From Candidatus Micrarchaeota archaeon (GTDB lineage Archaea; Micrarchaeota; Micrarchaeia; Anstonellales; Bilamarchaeaceae), in the NCBI GenBank assembly GCA_038046805.1, contig JBBSVO010000004.1, forward strand, positions 64,001 through 128,000: DNA of 64,000 nt, written 5' to 3'. The translations under genes were made by a program, and so were the position numbers. The notes below the pieces were generated by a model that saw only the letters and a list, made by a program, of their open reading frames with translations, had not been told where the DNA came from and ran no database searches. Position 1 is the stretch's first letter, and each line of letters begins with the position of its first letter. Shown here piece after piece: positions 40,143-49,889 of this stretch.

Positions 40143-40216
40143 ATTTTTTCACCTCAATGTTATTCTCGTAATTTTTATTCTACCTTTATAAACCTATCTC
40201 TTGTAGCCTCTCCCGA

Positions 40217-41134
40217 CTAAAGGTTTATTTTCAAGCCCAATTCCTTCTTGAGTTCCCTGTAACGATTTCTTATCGTGACTTCCGTTACTCCGGCCACATC
40301 TGCAACCTCTTTTTGGGTTCTCTTTTCCCCGAACAATGCGGATGCGATATAAAGAGCCGCTGCAGCAACACCAGTTGGGCCTCTGCCGGATATAAGCCCC
40401 TTTTTCAAGGATTTTTTAATCAATTTGACTGCCTCTTCCTGAACCTGGCCCCCAAGACGCAACGCAGTTGCAAACTTCGGAACATACTGGCTCGGATCTG
40501 TGAGCGGAACGCTTACCTCAAGTTCAGTTTTCAGGAACCTGTAGGCACGTCCAATCTCCTTTTTCTCTATACCAGACGACTTTGCAATTTCATCAAGCGT
40601 TCTTGGGATTCCCTGAATTCTGCAAATAGCATAAATAACTGCAGCAACAACACTTTCAATAAGTCTTCCACGTATAAGTTCGGCTTTGACTGCTCTTCTG
40701 TAAAGCAATGCTGCACTTTCCTTTATGTTTTCCGGCAAACCAAGAGAAGATGCTACTCGGTCAAGCTCGGCAAGTGCAATAACCAGATTGCGCTCCATTG
40801 AAGTAGCAATGGACACCCTTTTGTGCCATTTCCTCATTCTGTAGAGCTGTGCCTGCTTTTTCGGAGAGATTTTTCCTCCCCGAATATCACGATTATACTG
40901 GTCAATCTCTGTGACAAGACCTTTGTTAGGTCTCATATAACGGATAGGGGCACCGCTATGCGCCCTTTTTTCCTTCTGTTCCGCATCAAATGCACGCCAT
41001 TCCGGACCGCTGTCATGGATATTTTCCACGATGATAAGTCCGCATTGAGCACAGAGAAGCTCTCCCTTCTCGTAATCCCTTATAAGCCTTTTGCTGCTAC
41101 ATTCTGGGCATTTAGTTGCACCCATTCCTGACAT
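40217..41134 (-). CDS. tfb: Transcription initiation factor IIB
   Basis: Zn ribbon CPEC...CAQC, GPEWRAF, two cyclin repeats, VTEVTIRNRY. Confidence 0.98.
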   Translation of the reverse strand: MSGMGATKCPECSSKRLIRDYEKGELLCAQCGLIIVENIHDSGPEWRAFDAEQKEKRAHSGAPIRYMRPNKGLVTEIDQYNRDIRGGKISPKKQAQLYRMRKWHKRVSIATSMERNLVIALAELDRVASSLGLPENIKESAALLYRRAVKAELIRGRLIESVVAAVIYAICRIQGIPRTLDEIAKSSGIEKKEIGRAYRFLKTELEVSVPLTDPSQYVPKFATALRLGGQVQEEAVKLIKKSLKKGLISGRGPTGVAAAALYIASALFGEKRTQKEVADVAGVTEVTIRNRYRELKKELGLKINL

Positions 41135-41233
41135 GAAAATCCCCCTTTACCATAAAAAGACTTTTGAATTTTTATGAAAGATTTTTAAATCTTTATACCA
41201 ATTTAGGAACAAGAATATTTATAAATGTTTCTG

Positions 41234-41539
41234 TGACGCTCCACGGCCTAAATCTGCTTGACCTTCGGTCAAATCTCTCGGGCAAAGCCCTCGATGCCGT
41301 GGCTTCTTCCTGTTTGATAAAATAAGACAAGGATATATAAGGCCTTTATGGGATGTCAGGAACGACGTATCGTTCCTGAACACCTCAAAAACGACGCATC
41401 GTTTTTGGGGATTTGAGAACCACAAAGTTCTCAAAGTGTTTGAGAACGTTGCGACGTTCTCAACAAGACCATGCTTAAGGAAGAAGCCCTGTTCTCATCC
41501 CATGCCTAAAGGAATGGGCTTCCGAACCGTGGAGCGTCA
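41234..41539 (-). mobile_element. IS200/IS605-type palindromic mini-element with nested hairpins
   Basis: Inverted repeats TGACGCTCCACGG / CCGTGGAGCGTCA; CCCATGCCTAAAGGAATGGGCTTC hairpin; internal AACG..CGTT hairpins. Confidence 0.75.
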
Positions 41540-41570
41540 GTGACTGATGCCGCGCACCTGGACCCGGCAT

Positions 41571-42740
41571 TCACTTCAGGAAAACCCTGAAAAGAAGCAA
41601 AATTGTGGGGATTATAACCGCGCCCATAAGATTTGTGCGTTCTACGCCAAGACGAATCGTGGCATAACCCAAACAAGACGCAAAACCAAGGATTACAATA
41701 CCCGCAAGACCATTCAGAATAAACGTCATTGCAACCAGATATCCTGCAAGAAGAAGATTAAAATGTGAAAAATCAATTTTGGCAAGAGCGGAAATCCTGT
41801 TTCGCAATAGATAGATAAACAGAGCAGCTACTGCGATTGAAAATAAAAATACTGCCAGCACGAGCAGCAAATTATCCGCCAGCGCAATATGTTCGGAAAG
41901 AAAGACAGTTGAACCCATGCGCGCCTTTCCTATTGACGCGGAAGTGGCGAATGAAAAAACAGCCTCGCTTACAGAGATTGATGAAATCGCGGCAAGATAT
42001 CCGAGCGTATTGACAGGCATTATTAGCGAGAAAAAGGTTGCGACCTGTGATGGAGAACTGACTCCCGGAAGAAGGTCTGCCAAAAGACCTCCAAAAACAC
42101 CCAATACTGCGAACTTCAGGAAATCCAATGACAACGGTGCATCTTTTTGTCTGGGAACCGAACCGTGCGCATAACTGAATATCGCACCCATTGCAAACAT
42201 TCCTGAAAATAAAGGAAGGAACGGATCGGCTAATCCAGCATTGAGCGAAAACACTCCGAGCAATCCGGAAAGAGTGAAAATACCCGCTGATAGAACGAGA
42301 TTTTTTGTTCTTAATAAAAGAATTGCGGAAAAAATAACAAGAATGTATTTGATGTACGGCTGAATAAATTTATACGCGAGCGGATAAAACGAAAGTGCGG
42401 GATAAAAAAGAACAACAGATAAAAGCACGCCGATCAAAAAAGATGCGAGTACGACTTTAAGCGCAAGCGTTCCGTTTCCCTCGCGCACCATTCGCTGCCC
42501 GGGCAGAACGGAAAGAACCGAACCCTGTTCAGGAATTCCGAAAAAGATTGACGGAATGAACGAAAAAAGCTGATGGGATGCCATAACTGCGATTATCACG
42601 TAGGCAAAATCAATCCCGCTTAAACCAACTGACGAAAGAATAGAGATTATCGTGTTTGAATGAATGCCTGGAAGCAATCCTCCGAGCATGCCGAGAATGA
42701 TTCCTGCAATGAAAAACCAGAGTGCCACGTGAAAAACCAT
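41571..42740 (-). CDS. TctA-like (DUF112) membrane protein
   Basis: GLLPGIHSN, FIPSIFFGIP...LSVLPGQRM, duplicated LLPG motif. Confidence 0.85.
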   Translation of the reverse strand: MVFHVALWFFIAGIILGMLGGLLPGIHSNTIISILSSVGLSGIDFAYVIIAVMASHQLFSFIPSIFFGIPEQGSVLSVLPGQRMVREGNGTLALKVVLASFLIGVLLSVVLFYPALSFYPLAYKFIQPYIKYILVIFSAILLLRTKNLVLSAGIFTLSGLLGVFSLNAGLADPFLPLFSGMFAMGAIFSYAHGSVPRQKDAPLSLDFLKFAVLGVFGGLLADLLPGVSSPSQVATFFSLIMPVNTLGYLAAISSISVSEAVFSFATSASIGKARMGSTVFLSEHIALADNLLLVLAVFLFSIAVAALFIYLLRNRISALAKIDFSHFNLLLAGYLVAMTFILNGLAGIVILGFASCLGYATIRLGVERTNLMGAVIIPTILLLFRVFLK

Positions 42741-42781
42741 GATCAGAAGGAATTAAAGCATTTATAGGCACAAATAGAAAC

Positions 42782-43378
42782 ATGCTAGAAGAAGCAAACG
42801 GACAATTCGCAGTGGTGAAATACGATTTAGGGAGCCATGTAATAAATGTAAGACTCAAGGCGCACGCAGAAGCCGCGCACCTGTACAAGATCAAGGAGTT
42901 TGCACCAGGAGAACAAGAGACCGTTATACTTATACTTGCAAAGGATCTGGTACATCCGGAGGCGGACATAAGAAAATCAGCAAAAGATGCATTATGTCAT
43001 GCATTCAATTCCTCCAGGGCATATGGCTTGCTAGCCACAGCATTGGGGCAATCCAACTTAGCAGATGTTATTGAATTCGCAATGGAAGGACTGAAAAGCC
43101 AGATAGAGGAAATCCATTTGGCATGTAGATTTTTCATAGGAAAGATAATAGATGAATGCACGATAGAAAGGCTCAGGGATGTTGAGATGGCGCTTCTTGT
43201 GAGTCATTCAAAATTGCTGAAAAAATATGGAACTGACAAGGATATCACGTTGTGGAAACCAGAAATAGAGATGAGAAGACGCGAGATTTATTGCGGGATA
43301 AGCGGGGAAGAATCAGGGATAAGGCGCGCAGGACTAGACGAAAGAAGACGGCATTTGCGAATTATAAAAACAGGATAG
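42782..43378 (+). CDS. Hypothetical protein
   Basis: 198-aa ORF with TTTATA upstream. Confidence 0.55.
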   Translation: MLEEANGQFAVVKYDLGSHVINVRLKAHAEAAHLYKIKEFAPGEQETVILILAKDLVHPEADIRKSAKDALCHAFNSSRAYGLLATALGQSNLADVIEFAMEGLKSQIEEIHLACRFFIGKIIDECTIERLRDVEMALLVSHSKLLKKYGTDKDITLWKPEIEMRRREIYCGISGEESGIRRAGLDERRRHLRIIKTG

Positions 43379-43434
43379 ATTACGCGAAGTCAAATGTAGC
43401 CCAAGGCTCACGGCCCATTGTCCAAACTATTTTT

Positions 43435-44748
43435 CTACCCAATCCTGACTTTTTTTATCCGCACGTGCGGCCCTCCATCACTCACCGGCGCATGCTGTCC
43501 TGCCTTTCCGCAAAATCCAGGGCTTGTGCCAAAATCCTTTCCAACTAATTCAATATTGTGGAGGGTTTCGAGAATATTTCCGCTTATTCCGGTATCGCGG
43601 AGCATTTTTCCAATTTCCCCGTTTTTTATTTCATATGCAAGCTCTGCAGCAAACATGAAACCTCCTGAAAAGATATCAACGCTTCCACCTTTCATTCCCT
43701 TCAGATAAATTCCATCGCGGATATCCATCACATCGTCTTTACTTGCTTTTCCAGGCATAAAATACGTATTGCTCATGCGGACAACAGGAGCACTTTCAAA
43801 ATCCTCTGCCCGCGCATGACCATTAGATTTATGACCAAGTTCTTTTGCAGATGAACGGGAATTTATATAGCCTTTCAGCACCCCGCGCTCTACAAGAACG
43901 GTTTTTTTTCCCTCAACCCCCTCATCATCAAATTTGTAATTACCGAAATTCTTTGCAGTAGGATCGTCATAAATAGTTACAAGATTATTTCCAATGCGCT
44001 TTCCTATTTTGCCTCTAAGGATTGATTCCCGGTCTATTACGGCATCTGCCTCGCATGCATGACCAACGGCCTCATGGCTTAGAACTCCGGTCATTTCCGG
44101 GTCAAGAACAACTGAAAAAATCCCTTTTTTTGAAGGGATTGCTGTGAGGAGTGCCTCAGCCTTTCGCGCCGCATCCTCTGCCGCTTCGGTGAATTCTATT
44201 TCTTTGTAACCTATGCTGGATGCTGAGGTTTCCTGACCCCTTTGCTGCGCAGTTCCGTCTTTTGCTGTTGCAGTGCAGGAAAAATAAACATGAAACGAAT
44301 CCTGAAGGATTTCAGTTCCCTCTGAATTAAAGAATCCTTTTTTGATTGTGGAATCAAAAAGCCTGCATGATCGATTGTGGATATGGGTTCCTTCAGCATG
44401 CCTTGCGGCTTCCTTTACCAAATCTATTTTTTCTTCGATGTGCGGCAAAACAGTCTTGATTGAAACGCGTGTGGATCTTCTTTTGCATGTCACAACTTTT
44501 ATTTTGCCTTTTGAAAGAGATGCCAGCCGCTCTGCGCTTTTCAAAAGTGATGGCAAATCCGCGGCCTGATTACTTGAAGAGAACCCCCATGAACCGTTTT
44601 TGAGAACCCGGACCGAAACCCCATAAGACGGACCTGTCGTTGCATCAATTTCATCATTTGAAAGAAAGATAGATGTTGCCTCTTTTTCCTCGGTTCTTAC
44701 TTCCGCGTAATCGCAATTAAGCCTTGAAAGAAGATTAAGAATGTCCAT
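43435..44748 (-). CDS. tldD: TldD/PmbA family metalloprotease
   Basis: HEAVGHACEAD, DDEGV, VRMSNTY, CGKAGQHAPVSDGGP. Confidence 0.93.
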   Translation of the reverse strand: MDILNLLSRLNCDYAEVRTEEKEATSIFLSNDEIDATTGPSYGVSVRVLKNGSWGFSSSNQAADLPSLLKSAERLASLSKGKIKVVTCKRRSTRVSIKTVLPHIEEKIDLVKEAARHAEGTHIHNRSCRLFDSTIKKGFFNSEGTEILQDSFHVYFSCTATAKDGTAQQRGQETSASSIGYKEIEFTEAAEDAARKAEALLTAIPSKKGIFSVVLDPEMTGVLSHEAVGHACEADAVIDRESILRGKIGKRIGNNLVTIYDDPTAKNFGNYKFDDEGVEGKKTVLVERGVLKGYINSRSSAKELGHKSNGHARAEDFESAPVVRMSNTYFMPGKASKDDVMDIRDGIYLKGMKGGSVDIFSGGFMFAAELAYEIKNGEIGKMLRDTGISGNILETLHNIELVGKDFGTSPGFCGKAGQHAPVSDGGPHVRIKKVRIG

Positions 44749-44775
44749 ACAGTGACCAACCGGAAATCCCGAGAA

Positions 44776-45135
44776 TTAACCAAGTGCCTTCAGATTTTCA
44801 GCACATGAACGCATTTCCTTTTTTGTTTCGCGGTCCTTTACTATCCCGCATAAAAGATAATTCCCAAGTGGAAGGATTACAAAATAGATTCCATCAAACA
44901 TGAGCTCTATTTCTTTTTGCTCATCGTTAAAGGATTTTACTATTGCATCGCTTACATTGGCTAACGAGGATGCCACCGAAGGAACGTGCTCATCCAAAGT
45001 AACTGTGGAATGGATTAAGATTCCGTCTCTGCGCACAAGAAGGCTTTCTATTCCAGTGCCTTTCAGTTCCTGCATCAATGAAGCCGCAGAGCTTTTCCCA
45101 CTTTCAGTTTCAAGTACGTGTGCCATATAAATCAC
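44776..45135 (-). CDS. Roadblock/LC7 domain protein
   Basis: GIESLLVRRDGILIHS; size and alpha/beta pattern. Confidence 0.75.
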   Translation of the reverse strand: MIYMAHVLETESGKSSAASLMQELKGTGIESLLVRRDGILIHSTVTLDEHVPSVASSLANVSDAIVKSFNDEQKEIELMFDGIYFVILPLGNYLLCGIVKDRETKKEMRSCAENLKALG

Positions 45136-45154
45136 AGTAAATCAACATTTCGGA

Positions 45155-45877
45155 TTAAATTATCGCGATTCCCGTAGGGGAAAGCCTCATTGGTATCATT
45201 GCCTCAACATCCGGGATTTTTAATTCAAAACTTCCACCTTTATCATGAATCGTAAATGTTGAATCCATGGAATGTTCGAGCATTGCAAACAACTGCTTTT
45301 CATGCATTCCTTCTTCGATCAACAGTATCACAGTAGCATCCGCGTTTTTCAATCGCCCACCAACAACCTGAAGGAATTTGAGAACAGAATCTTTTTGATT
45401 GTAAAGCACCAGTGATGAAAGAGAGTGGAAGACAACTGCCATCTTCTTTCCAGCACTTTCTTTTATTGATTCGTTTATCGCAAGAGAAAGGTCATTCAAT
45501 GCCGAAGGACCAGACACTTGAATAGTCTCTTTAAATGGTGGAGACGAGGTGCCAAGCGTGGATGAAAAACAGTCTATGAATTTGAAATCTTTTCCTGATG
45601 CAAGCTCAATGCCCACAGAAGAGGCCTTGTTGACGATATCCTCAGGGGTCGTATCCGTAGCTATGTAAAATACTTTATGCCCGTTTTCAGAACTTGCCTT
45701 TGCGAAATGAAATGCAAACGCGCCTTTTTCCATTCCGCTTGGACCAACCAATAAAATATTCCCTGGATTTTGGTATCCGCCCTCAAGCATGATGTCCAGC
45801 TCACGTATTCCTGTGGATAATTTTGTCTTTCTTAGGATGGGCATTGATTCATCCACTGCAATAGGGGGTAGAGCCAT
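45155..45877 (-). CDS. KaiC/RAD55-like RecA-fold protein with degenerate Walker motifs
   Basis: STGIRELDIMLEGG, GPSGMEKG, FIDCFS, VVFHSLS. Confidence 0.85.
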   Translation of the reverse strand: MALPPIAVDESMPILRKTKLSTGIRELDIMLEGGYQNPGNILLVGPSGMEKGAFAFHFAKASSENGHKVFYIATDTTPEDIVNKASSVGIELASGKDFKFIDCFSSTLGTSSPPFKETIQVSGPSALNDLSLAINESIKESAGKKMAVVFHSLSSLVLYNQKDSVLKFLQVVGGRLKNADATVILLIEEGMHEKQLFAMLEHSMDSTFTIHDKGGSFELKIPDVEAMIPMRLSPTGIAII

Positions 45878-45910
45878 ACGATTCCATCACAAAAAACGTT
45901 TTTAAATGCT

Positions 45911-46648
45911 ATGGACGAATTCAGAAGTATGAAAATAGAAATACAACCAGAGATATCCATAATAATTCCCACGCTAAACGAGGAAAAGTATATTGGCGAT
46001 ACGCTCAAATCAATTTCCAGGCAGAAAACAAAAAGAAAATTTGAAATTATAATCGCGGACAGCTATAGTACGGACAAGACACGGGAGATAGCTAAGAAAC
46101 ATGGTGCACGGATTGTTTATGCTCCGCGTGGGATAATCGCGGTTGGACGCCAGAAAGGATGCGATGCAGCACGTGGAAAGGTTCTTGTACATGCAAGCGC
46201 GGACACAGTTTATGCCAGAGACTGGCTGGAAAAACTGGCCGAGCCGATATTAATTGGAAAGGCAATTGCAGTATGCGGAAGATTACTGCCATATAGAGGA
46301 AACGTTGCCGAAAATGTTTTTTCCCTTGCTATTTTTGAGCCGCTCGTGCGGATAACTTATAAATTGAAGATTCCGTTTGCAGCTGCGGACAATCTCGCGG
46401 TTAAAGCAGATACATATAGGAAAATAGGCGGATTTGATACGGAACTCGTGACGGGTGAGGATACGGATTTGATAAAAAGGCTTTCCAAAATAGGAAGGGT
46501 AATTTATGCAAAGGACGCGGTTGCAAGGATTTCAATGCGTCGGGCGCGCAAATGGGGATATATGAAATATTTGTTGTTCCATAATGCTAATTTTCTGAAA
46601 ATGCAGTTTATCGGGAAATGCAATAAGGAGTATGAGGCGATACGGTAG
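45911..46648 (+). CDS. Glycosyltransferase family 2
   Basis: ISIIIPTLNEE, ADSYSTDKT, SADT, GGFD...GEDTDL. Confidence 0.92.
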   Translation: MDEFRSMKIEIQPEISIIIPTLNEEKYIGDTLKSISRQKTKRKFEIIIADSYSTDKTREIAKKHGARIVYAPRGIIAVGRQKGCDAARGKVLVHASADTVYARDWLEKLAEPILIGKAIAVCGRLLPYRGNVAENVFSLAIFEPLVRITYKLKIPFAAADNLAVKADTYRKIGGFDTELVTGEDTDLIKRLSKIGRVIYAKDAVARISMRRARKWGYMKYLLFHNANFLKMQFIGKCNKEYEAIR

Positions 46649-46674
46649 AGCATCACACCAGCACAACAGAATTG

Positions 46675-47433
46675 TTATTTCGGTGTGAATTTCAGATGGA
46701 TAAACTTCAATACCTCATCAAATTCAGGTACGTCCGCAATCAAATGGGGAAGTTCTTTCCATAGTTTTCGGTATTTTTCTAGGCAATCTAGAAATTCGTC
46801 CTTGGAAAACGATTTATTATAATAACGCATCTTGTCATTGACCCAATCGTAGTTTATAGATATATCTTGCAAAAGAAGGTGATGCAGATCATAAAGATCC
46901 CGTGGACGATCTCTCATGAGTATTGCACGTATTTTCTCGGCAACAATCTCATCTCGTGACATTATGATCACTTCATAGTCTGGCAAATCGGGATATACGG
47001 ATTTGATAGCAACAACCTCTTTTGTTTTTGGAGTTTCCCTTCGGCTTACATCAACGTAAATATGGCATATCCCGAGTTCGGATTGCTCGGCGAGAGGCCC
47101 TTTTATAGAAAACCGATATCCAGATCCGATCTGCTCTTTTACCTTTATTTTCTTCAGAGTATTTACATAACCAAACTTCGAGAATAGTATCTTGCTTACT
47201 TCTCCAAGCAGTGCATCACAGTCTACATCGCTTATCTGAGTAAAGTCCAGGTCCTCACTGAATCTTTTGAGGCCATACGCCTTTTTTATCGCAGTTCCAC
47301 CTTTAAATAAAAGGGCAGAAGTACGAGAGTAGATAAGACTCAATAAAAGATGCTGGAAATATTCTTTTTCTATCTGCCAGGACTTCATTTTGAATGTCTT
47401 AGCATAAACCTTGAGATCTTCTGCACTTATCAT
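46675..47433 (-). CDS. Type IV TA toxin, AbiEii family
   Basis: IEKEY, FKGGTAI, RFSEDLDF, EKIRA, PRDLYDL. Confidence 0.92.
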   Translation of the reverse strand: MISAEDLKVYAKTFKMKSWQIEKEYFQHLLLSLIYSRTSALLFKGGTAIKKAYGLKRFSEDLDFTQISDVDCDALLGEVSKILFSKFGYVNTLKKIKVKEQIGSGYRFSIKGPLAEQSELGICHIYVDVSRRETPKTKEVVAIKSVYPDLPDYEVIIMSRDEIVAEKIRAILMRDRPRDLYDLHHLLLQDISINYDWVNDKMRYYNKSFSKDEFLDCLEKYRKLWKELPHLIADVPEFDEVLKFIHLKFTPK

Positions 47434-48143
47434 TGTATCGCCTCATTAACGATCAAATTCCATTCTGAAACATATTCTCCTTTTCTCGGGAGAGCAACAT
47501 TTAGCAAAACATGATTTTTTCCAACCCTCTTTTTTAAGGATCGCGGTATTGGGATATTGTTCAAAGAAAGCAGATACCCCAGGCGTTGCACAACGGCTGA
47601 CGAATCCATTCTCAATGCATAAATCACCAGCTTGTCGATATCGCATTCTGGGATTGCGTTGAGTATATCGCTAAATGAAACGATGTTTCGTTTATAATAA
47701 AGGCAGTCAATTACTGCTTTTTCTTTCTCGGCAACAAAGGCATAGCCGCCACGCACCACGCGCTTTTGATAGCCGAAGATGGATTTTGGCGCGAATTTAA
47801 CAAATTCGACTTCTATTTCGTTGGATAGAACCCTTTTCTTTGAAGAAGGGGAAACTACCTGGATAGACCTGGGGATTTGAGTCGTAAGCCCGTGAAGATA
47901 AAATGCAAAAAGAAAGGAGATATACGATGGAGTGACTAAACTAGTGGATAATATGAGTGGATCGGCGTCCCGCAGAAGGTACTTCCCTCGTTCAACCCGA
48001 AGGATTAAACCTTTTCTTTCAAGACGATGGAGGTAAATTCGTATGTAAGAACGGGGTTTGTCTATAATGCGCTCTGCATCAGTTACACTAAACATTGGGC
48101 GTCCGAGAGATCTTAATTTTTCGATGAACGCAAAGGCCTGCAT
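47430..48143 (-). CDS. Type IV TA antitoxin, AbiEi family
   Basis: RLERKGLILRVERGKY, PSYISF...GLTTQIP, EKEKAVID. Confidence 0.9.
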   Translation of the reverse strand: MQAFAFIEKLRSLGRPMFSVTDAERIIDKPRSYIRIYLHRLERKGLILRVERGKYLLRDADPLILSTSLVTPSYISFLFAFYLHGLTTQIPRSIQVVSPSSKKRVLSNEIEVEFVKFAPKSIFGYQKRVVRGGYAFVAEKEKAVIDCLYYKRNIVSFSDILNAIPECDIDKLVIYALRMDSSAVVQRLGYLLSLNNIPIPRSLKKRVGKNHVLLNVALPRKGEYVSEWNLIVNEAIQ

Positions 48144-48188
48144 ATAGATATATGAAATGAAAGATTTAAATAATTTGTTGTTACATAA

Positions 48189-48449
48189 TTATCAAAAATG
48201 ATAAGTATAATCAAACAAAACAGGAAATATCGAATTTTATGAATCAAAGTGACCGAAGAGTCCCCACTGCAAGCAGTGGGGTATGTGCTCATTCGGTCAC
48301 TACTTCACAAATTGGGGTCGCTGCAAGCAGCGGGGTATCCGACCCACAATTTGTGAATCAACAGATTTGTTGATGGCATGGAAATCCGCTTGTGGCGAGG
48401 CCCAGGGATAAACGAAATGTTAATAAACCTTAGTTATCAAAAAGGATAA
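48189..48449. promoter_or_regulatory. Divergent promoter region with two copies of TTATCAAAAA(T/G)GATAA and palindromic hairpins
   Basis: Copies at 48189-48204 and 48434-48449; hairpins such as CCCCACTGCAAGCAGTGGGG lie between them. Confidence 0.6.
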
Positions 48450-48451
48450 CT

Positions 48452-49045
48452 ATGGTTAATCGTATAAATCTGCTAAAACAGCTGGGGCAGTATCCTGTAT
48501 TTACTGTGAAGAATGTAAAGGATATCACGGATAAAAAGAGCGATTATGCAAAACTGGTTGTTCACAGGCTGAAAAAAGCAGGATTAATTTTTGCAGTTGA
48601 AAGAAATAGATACACCATCCATAGCGATCCGTGGATTATTGCGTCTCATATAGTCTGGCCGTCTTACATATCCTCCTGGGCGGCTATCAGGTATTACAAC
48701 CTCACGGAACAACTGCCTACGTATATCCAGGTAGTAACCACCAGGCCAAAAAAAAGGCGCAAAACCAGGTTTTCAAACACGACTATAGAATTCATAAGAA
48801 TAAAAAGGAAGAATTTCTTTGGTTTTGGAAAGGTTCCGCATGGGGATACGGACATATTCATGGCAGAAAAAGAAAAGGCCCTTGCGGATGCATTGTATCT
48901 CCGCCATATATCTTATGAAACATTCAGTGAGATTCTGAGGGAGCACCGAAAGGAGATTGATATAAGAAGATTGATAGATTACCTGAAAAGGATGGGAGTG
49001 AAGCGCATTATTAAAAGAGGCGAAGCAGATGATAACAAAAAATGA
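48452..49045 (+). CDS. Type IV TA antitoxin, AbiEi family
   Basis: RLKKAGLIFAVERNRY, PSYISSWAAIRYYNLTEQLP, EKEKALAD. Confidence 0.9.
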   Translation: MVNRINLLKQLGQYPVFTVKNVKDITDKKSDYAKLVVHRLKKAGLIFAVERNRYTIHSDPWIIASHIVWPSYISSWAAIRYYNLTEQLPTYIQVVTTRPKKRRKTRFSNTTIEFIRIKRKNFFGFGKVPHGDTDIFMAEKEKALADALYLRHISYETFSEILREHRKEIDIRRLIDYLKRMGVKRIIKRGEADDNKK

Positions 49046-49775
49046 TCTGGAACAGGCCGCGAAACTGAAAAGCCTTTCCATGGAAAACTGCGAAAAGGAC
49101 TATTTTCAGGACCTTGTGCTTTTTAATCTTTACCGGCAAGTCGGAAAGGAGTTTGTTTTCAAGGGAGGCACATGCCTGTATAAAATATACAAGCTTAACC
49201 GGTTCAGTGAAGACCTTGATTTTACGGTAACCAAAAGGATAGACATTGACAAAATAATGCGCCTGGTGGTATACTCGCTCCAATCATTGAACATAGGGAC
49301 AACACTAAAGGAAATGGACAAATTCCAGAATCAGATAAACATCAGGATGGCGTTCCGGGGACCGCTCTATAAAGGCACAAAGGAAAGCATGCTTGTCCTT
49401 ACCCTTAACCTTAGTTCGAGGGAACGACCGGTAAACAATCCCAAAAAGGAGATGATACTGCCCATATACCGAGATATTCCATCCTTTGAGATATTTGCCA
49501 TGGATGAAAACGAAATGGTAGTGGAGAAGATAAAGACCATATTTGAAAGAAACAAGCCAAGAGACGCCTATGACTTATGGTTTTTATTAAAAATAAAGGG
49601 ATTCATGGTGGATTACGGGCTCGTGTCAAAAAAGATTGGAAAATTTGACAGAAACGAATTCTCCAAAAAACTTGAAGAAAAGGCTCAAAATTGGGAACGG
49701 GAGCTTAAACGATTTATAATTGGAACCTTGCCTCCATTCAGCCAGGTAAAAAAAGAGATTGAGGAAAGGATTTGA
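49029..49775 (+). CDS. Type IV TA toxin, AbiEii family
   Basis: EKDYFQ, FKGGTCL, RFSEDLDF, KPRDAYDL. Confidence 0.92.
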   Translation: MITKNDLEQAAKLKSLSMENCEKDYFQDLVLFNLYRQVGKEFVFKGGTCLYKIYKLNRFSEDLDFTVTKRIDIDKIMRLVVYSLQSLNIGTTLKEMDKFQNQINIRMAFRGPLYKGTKESMLVLTLNLSSRERPVNNPKKEMILPIYRDIPSFEIFAMDENEMVVEKIKTIFERNKPRDAYDLWFLLKIKGFMVDYGLVSKKIGKFDRNEFSKKLEEKAQNWERELKRFIIGTLPPFSQVKKEIEERI

Positions 49776-49889
49776 GAGGGACCGTGGGAAATGCACAATC
49801 AGAATGCACTATCCAAAACGAGAAACCCAAAACTCTGGACCAATCCTGCCCTTTCCCGAAACAGTTATAATCCTTTATCGTAACAGAAA

